Origin: a virus
IMG/VR virus record: IMGVR_UViG_3300009431_000983
Direction: 5' to 3' (one strand)
DNA: 28,566 nucleotides
The notes under the pieces are model-generated. The model did no database searches, was not told the DNA's origin, and saw nothing but the letters and a program-made list of their open reading frames with translations. The number at the start of each line of letters is the position of its first letter. The first letter of the stretch is position 1. This document shows, piece after piece, positions 24,815 to 28,566 of this stretch. Position numbers and translations under genes: made by a program.

Positions 24815-24846
24815 AACTTACCCACCGTACTTCTAAATGACTGGCT

Positions 24847-25038
24847 TTAGTCTTCGACGCACAAAAAGACCTTGAGGAACCTCCACAAACGTCCCCAGAG
24901 GGTCCTCTTTTTCATACTTTCCTCAACCTTTGCCAGCCTATTCATCCCGCCCGAATCGGAAACATAGGTGTTCACAGGCTTGCTCCGTACATGCCGCTTC
25001 CGTCTCCTACGGTCCCCCTCTGGTGTGTTCCTGGACAT
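24847..25038 (-). CDS. small ORF (63 aa), doubtful
   Basis: Only ORF in an otherwise 390-nt gap. Arg-rich. A 7-bp hairpin GAACCCAgggaTGGGTTC sits immediately upstream of the ATG. No strong SD. Confidence 0.25.
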   Translation of the reverse strand: MSRNTPEGDRRRRKRHVRSKPVNTYVSDSGGMNRLAKVEESMKKRTLWGRLWRFLKVFLCVED

Positions 25039-25203
25039 ACCGAGAACCCATCCCTGGGTTCTTACGCTCCTCTCTCTAGAGAAACGCTCTTTGCCAACTC
25101 AAAGGAGACTCTTTCACGTACCATGAAACCTTCTCTTAGGTCGCAAAGATCCCGCACAGAACACACTTACCTGGTTACACAAAAAACCTAGAAATCGCGC
25201 CTC

Positions 25204-25470
25204 CTACCGACCCCCGGCTTTCTCATCCAGAAGGTCCGCCAACCCCCTCAGGGAAGTGGCCAACCGCTGCATCTGACCAGAAGTACGAAAGGCCTCCGTA
25301 AGAACCCCGAAACCCTTGGCATCGACATGTGCAACCACCATCGCAGCATCCTTTTTAAGGGTGACTGTTGGCGGCTCGACATACTCACTTTTCTTGATAT
25401 CCTTCCTGGGAACGACCACCAGGTCCAGCCCACCACGCACTACTGGTATTCCACCGTTGTTTCTTGGCAT
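25204..25470 (-). CDS. hypothetical small protein (88 aa; possibly AbrB/MazE-like fold)
   Basis: Preceded by promoter module P9 and SD AGGACAGGGAT. GLDLVVVPRKDIKK is reminiscent of swapped-hairpin DNA-binding proteins, weakly. Confidence 0.5.
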   Translation of the reverse strand: MPRNNGGIPVVRGGLDLVVVPRKDIKKSEYVEPPTVTLKKDAAMVVAHVDAKGFGVLTEAFRTSGQMQRLATSLRGLADLLDEKAGGR

Positions 25471-25505
25471 ATCCCTGTCCTCGTGAAAATGTTTGCATCT
25501 CTACG

Positions 25506-25539
25506 AACATATACACACGAGAAACCAAGGATTTTAACC
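25506..25539 (-). promoter_or_regulatory. promoter module P9 (ggTTAAAAtccttggtttctcgtGTGTATATGttcg ... AGGACAGGGAT ATG)
   Basis: Upstream of 25204..25470. Overlaps the 3' end of the preceding ORF. Confidence 0.45.
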
Positions 25540-25893
25540 GACGGCAACCGCTGATTCTGGATACCTGTTGTGCCGATTGCTAGCGAAATTGTTGGAAAAC
25601 GCCCGCCTCACCCAGGTCTTCTTGACCGGCTCTTCGCACCACTGCTCCGACCAGGAGACTACCCACTCGACCGCCTGTGCCATGGTCCTCACACAAGTCA
25701 ACTGACAGTCCGAACCCCGCTCCAAGTCATCCTCGATGGGATCAAAGTCCTCGTCAATCTCCCCCAGGGCTTCGATCGGCCAGTCACCACTACCGGGCCA
25801 GAAATAGTACACCGAAAACTCGTAAGGAAACTCATCCTGAGGCTGAACGTCTCGATAACAGCCCCTGAGCACTCGTATCTGTTGTTCAGTCAT
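25534..25893 (-). CDS. hypothetical acidic protein
   Basis: 119 aa ORF, compact spacing. No motifs recognised. Confidence 0.45.
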   Translation of the reverse strand: MTEQQIRVLRGCYRDVQPQDEFPYEFSVYYFWPGSGDWPIEALGEIDEDFDPIEDDLERGSDCQLTCVRTMAQAVEWVVSWSEQWCEEPVKKTWVRRAFSNNFASNRHNRYPESAVAVG

Positions 25894-25927
25894 TTCCCTG
25901 TCCCCCAGTTCTCCCCAACAGGCTTCC

Positions 25928-26158
25928 CTACCTGCTCTGGACGATCTGAATCTGGAACTGTTCCCCGTCTTCCGTGTCGATGACTAGGCCCGGGGCATCG
26001 CACAGGATGCCGGCCTCCTCGAAAGTCCTGACGTTCGAGAGTTCGTCCGACAGTTCAACGGCCCCGTCGATCTCATCAAGCTCTACCTCGTCAATGTCCC
26101 CCTCGGACACTGCGTCGAGGATGTCCTTGATGTTTACAACCAGTTCTCCCTTGGTCAC
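25928..26158 (-). CDS. hypothetical small acidic protein (76 aa)
   Basis: GTG start preceded by GGGAGGACTGAGAC, the same leader end as other promoter modules. A promoter module sits about 50 nt upstream. Confidence 0.5.
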   Translation of the reverse strand: MTKGELVVNIKDILDAVSEGDIDEVELDEIDGAVELSDELSNVRTFEEAGILCDAPGLVIDTEDGEQFQIQIVQSR

Positions 26159-26210
26159 GTCTCAGTCCTCCCTATCTTGGTTATGCCGTCTCCGGCAGTA
26201 TTCACCTGTA

Positions 26211-26244
26211 ACTATATACACCACAAGTCCCGAAAGTTTCAATC
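26211..26244 (-). promoter_or_regulatory. promoter module P5 (ggaTTGAAActttcgggacttgtgGTGTATATAgt)
   Basis: Upstream of 25928..26158. The leader ends GGGAGGACTGAGAC GTG. Confidence 0.55.
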
Positions 26245-26248
26245 CGCC

Positions 26249-26869
26249 CTACACCTCTTCCCCGGTCTCCGGCTCCTCCACGTATCTGGCTTTATCATGA
26301 GATAGCCGGTTGAACCTCTGAACAGCCCCCGAAGTATGGACGTTCTTTTCGTCCCCATTACCTCTCATGGACTCCACCATAGCGTTCTCCACAAGGGGCA
26401 TCAGGTGGTCCGGAAGCCTGGTTAAACTCTTGAATCCGAGGACCTCCGGATACCCTACTGTAACACCCTCGAAATCCGCCATCAAAACAACCCCTACCGA
26501 CCGACTGACCATGCTCCTGGACTCTTCCTCGTCGTCCGTCACGGGACATACTCGGGTTGGCTCCCTTTGCACTTTGAATAGTCTGAACCTACTCATACCC
26601 TCTTGGTACTTCGGGTGACTTCGGAAGCAACAGAGCATCTCCTCTGCCAGTTTGTCCAGTTGCCGCCAGATTTTCAGTTCCACGAACCAGTTCGAGAACT
26701 TCCCCGGCTCCTCCACCACCAGGTCGAACATGGGAACGTTGATATACGCCGAAATACTTGGTCCCTCAACCTTTCCAAACGCATCTGTCACCGCGAACGC
26801 CACTTCCCCCTCGAATTTCCGTATGACTACCTCCTCCCCGTCTTTGACTTCCCACTCAATCTTCTGCAT
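26249..26869 (-). CDS. hypothetical protein
   Basis: Start trimmed to ATG 26869 (MQKIEW...), with SD GGAGGG. TAATG overlap with the upstream gene. Confidence 0.55.
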   Translation of the reverse strand: MQKIEWEVKDGEEVVIRKFEGEVAFAVTDAFGKVEGPSISAYINVPMFDLVVEEPGKFSNWFVELKIWRQLDKLAEEMLCCFRSHPKYQEGMSRFRLFKVQREPTRVCPVTDDEEESRSMVSRSVGVVLMADFEGVTVGYPEVLGFKSLTRLPDHLMPLVENAMVESMRGNGDEKNVHTSGAVQRFNRLSHDKARYVEEPETGEEV

Positions 26870-27183
26870 TATTGACCCTCCGGCCAAATCAAGATATCTG
26901 CCCTACCTATCAACACCAACCAAGCAAGTTTAACTCGATTCTTCAACGTCCCAACGCCAATGGTCCTGGCGGGTACCCACTTCCCATTGATCTCAGCTTG
27001 ACACTCATTTATGTGCCTAAGAAGACCCTTCAGACTCCACCTAACCGGTGCCTTCATCAGTATTTTCCTCCTCACGAATTCCTCGATTTTATACCCGCTC
27101 CGCCTGTACACACAACTGGCCGTGCACCCTCCTTGCGGTGGCGCACGGCCAGTTGACATTTCCCCCGGCGAACTCTTACTCAA
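26869..27183 (-). CDS. hypothetical protein (start uncertain)
   Basis: Stop overlaps the next gene's ATG (TAATG). Possible starts are the TTG at 27183, which overlaps the upstream stop, or the ATG at 27162 (MSTGRAPP). Confidence 0.4.
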   Translation of the reverse strand: MSKSSPGEMSTGRAPPQGGCTASCVYRRSGYKIEEFVRRKILMKAPVRWSLKGLLRHINECQAEINGKWVPARTIGVGTLKNRVKLAWLVLIGRADILIWPEGQ

Positions 27184-27535
27184 GCTGGATCAGATTGCGA
27201 TGCCGGCGAAGATCGCCGAGATAGACCCCCAAAACGTCCGGCGGGTCTACATCACAGAAACTGTCCCTCGACGTGTCCCAGGTATTATCGTAATCAAAAG
27301 CGCGGTGAAGAACGACGAGCAATGCGGCCAGGCTGCTTTCCTTCCAGCGGTCCAGCCAGTCTTTGTCCAGGGTAACCTCGCCCCGGAGTGGACTGACAGT
27401 CCCGCCGTCAGACAGTGTAGCCCAGGTCACATCCTGGGTTTGCGGAACGTCCGCCTGGACCACCGCTGGTACCAGTAACACGAACGCCGCGATCAGCGCG
27501 AACAGAATCGTCGGACCCCGACACTTGTGGAGCAT
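27176..27535 (-). CDS. secreted small protein (Sec signal peptide)
   Basis: ORF trimmed to the ATG at 27535, with SD AGGAGG 6 nt upstream. MLHKCRGPTILFALIAAFVLLVPAVVQA|DVP is a canonical signal peptide with an AxA cleavage site. About 100-nt leader from the promoter-like module at about 27630-27670. Confidence 0.6.
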   Translation of the reverse strand: MLHKCRGPTILFALIAAFVLLVPAVVQADVPQTQDVTWATLSDGGTVSPLRGEVTLDKDWLDRWKESSLAALLVVLHRAFDYDNTWDTSRDSFCDVDPPDVLGVYLGDLRRHRNLIQLE

Positions 27536-27628
27536 GCTGCACCTCCTCTGGTAGCACACCAAAAAAAGAAACCTCGAAGCAACGTATCGAAAAACTCGGC
27601 GGTCCACAGTGACCGCTCCGCTTTGTGT

Positions 27629-27672
27629 ACTTTTATACATACACCACTGAAGTCACTTATTTCACCGAAATA
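27629..27672 (-). promoter_or_regulatory. promoter module P8, variant (GGTGAAAtaagtgacttcagtgGTGTATGTATAAAAgtac)
   Basis: Upstream of the secreted-protein gene, with an about 100-nt leader. Confidence 0.35.
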
Positions 27673-27685
27673 ACCCACAAAAGAC

Positions 27686-28120
27686 TTAGTAATCCGACGC
27701 ACAGATGTTTGCTCTCTTCATCCACAGCGCCCACACAAAATCTTTCAACTGGCCAACCACCCTAGGCGGTAATCTGCTCCCACCCAACCGCTTGTAAACA
27801 ATACCTAGAACGTTTCGATACAACCACCTGCTCCTCAACTCCCACACCGCCCGCTCATGGCGAGTTTCCAATACGAAATCCGTAACCTTCTTTACGGAAA
27901 TATTCACCGGCCTGGAAGCTCTTTTCACTTCCCCCGCTGGAGGAGACAACCTGAGATCCGAAGGAATGGGCTTATTCGGGTTTAGCAGATGAACCGGTTC
28001 CAATCCCACTCTCTTTCTTCGGGTGTTCTCCGCAATCATGGTCAAGTAGAGCCCATGAATCGCAGAAATACTACCCCCCATCCTCACTGATGACACTGGT
28101 AAAACCGCCCCGACACTCAT
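27686..28120 (-). CDS. hypothetical protein
   Basis: 144 aa. ATGA overlap with the upstream gene. Confidence 0.4.
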   Translation of the reverse strand: MSVGAVLPVSSVRMGGSISAIHGLYLTMIAENTRRKRVGLEPVHLLNPNKPIPSDLRLSPPAGEVKRASRPVNISVKKVTDFVLETRHERAVWELRSRWLYRNVLGIVYKRLGGSRLPPRVVGQLKDFVWALWMKRANICASDY

Positions 28121-28335
28121 ACCGTCACGTCCACCAGGTTACCGGTTGTTGGTCTGTCCTCTGCTGTTCGATAATGCCCCGCCACCTGCGGCGTCTTTCC
28201 ATCAGTGGCTCCTTCCACGGGTTTTTGTTCAACCGATGTTGCTTTTGCCTTTAAACCCCCGCCCCCGTAGTAGAGCAAATAAGCAACTGCCCGGTCCCCT
28301 CGTTGCATACCAACCCACCTGGGAAGACTGCTCAT
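28117..28335 (-). CDS. hypothetical small protein
   Basis: 72 aa, Gly-rich. Translationally coupled to the downstream gene. Confidence 0.35.
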   Translation of the reverse strand: MSSLPRWVGMQRGDRAVAYLLYYGGGGLKAKATSVEQKPVEGATDGKTPQVAGHYRTAEDRPTTGNLVDVTV

Positions 28336-28338
28336 GCC

Positions 28339-28563
28339 CTAAACCTCAATGTCAACGAAACTTCCCGGGGAATAACCCAACTCCGGTTCCGAGGAAGCGG
28401 GTATTTCAAACACCCCACACAAATGATCCCTCATTCCTTCGGTCGAGTTCTGTACCCGGTCCGGAGACTTTTTTGCCGCGTTCTCCTCTGCCATCTCGTA
28501 TGCTCTCTCTGCTATTTCATCGGTTACCAAAGGAGCGGTGAAGTCCTTCTGCCCGCTCAACAT
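28339..28563 (-). CDS. hypothetical small acidic protein
   Basis: 74 aa. ATG 3 nt from the window end. Upstream context is not visible. Confidence 0.35.
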   Translation of the reverse strand: MLSGQKDFTAPLVTDEIAERAYEMAEENAAKKSPDRVQNSTEGMRDHLCGVFEIPASSEPELGYSPGSFVDIEV

Positions 28564-28566
28564 CTC

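Noticed and set aside
1-28566. CRISPR arrays, rRNA, IS/transposase or integrase genes
   Set aside because: No regularly spaced direct repeats and no transposase- or integrase-like ORFs were seen. The only recurring repeat is the promoter/leader module, which is irregularly spaced and always sits upstream of a gene start.

Overview
The window is a densely packed, strictly unidirectional gene array: every credible gene is on the minus strand. This layout is typical of a dsDNA bacteriophage or prophage 'nucleotide metabolism / DNA modification / early gene' region from a moderately GC-rich bacterium. Genes carry Shine-Dalgarno sites of the GGAGG/GGGGA type. Many genes are translationally coupled through ATGA / TAATG / TGAgATG overlaps. 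I found no rRNA, tRNA or CRISPR array. I support about 36 CDS, described in the following paragraphs.

Three DNA methyltransferases sit at the low-coordinate end. Two are paralogous beta-class enzymes (SPPY ... FGGSGT) with Cys-rich inserts; the third is a DPPY N6-adenine type.

A nucleotide-metabolism module follows. It holds a class II (NrdJ-like) ribonucleotide reductase, a divergent adenylosuccinate-synthetase (PurA/PurZ-family) enzyme, a nucleoside 2-deoxyribosyltransferase/DNPH1-like protein and a divergent inorganic-pyrophosphatase-like protein.

Next comes a GHKL-ATPase/HExxH-metallopeptidase fusion beside two PAPS-reductase/DndC-like PP-loop proteins, then a DUF932-like protein and two class I SAM methyltransferases.

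A three-member paralogous family of small CxxC...CxxH proteins is scattered through the region.

Most unusually, there is a full-length homolog of the eukaryotic major vault protein (MVP), with N-terminal vault repeats, shoulder domain and cap-helix.

A conserved promoter plus leader module (minus-strand TTGAAA - N17 - GTGTATATAAA, followed by a GGGAAAACCT box and SD-ATGAC) recurs nine times upstream of genes. Several intergenic regions carry strong hairpins or nested inverted repeats. One gene (9623..11154) appears to need a -1 frameshift at a T5 run.

All plus-strand ORFs in the six-frame track look like antisense shadows of these genes.
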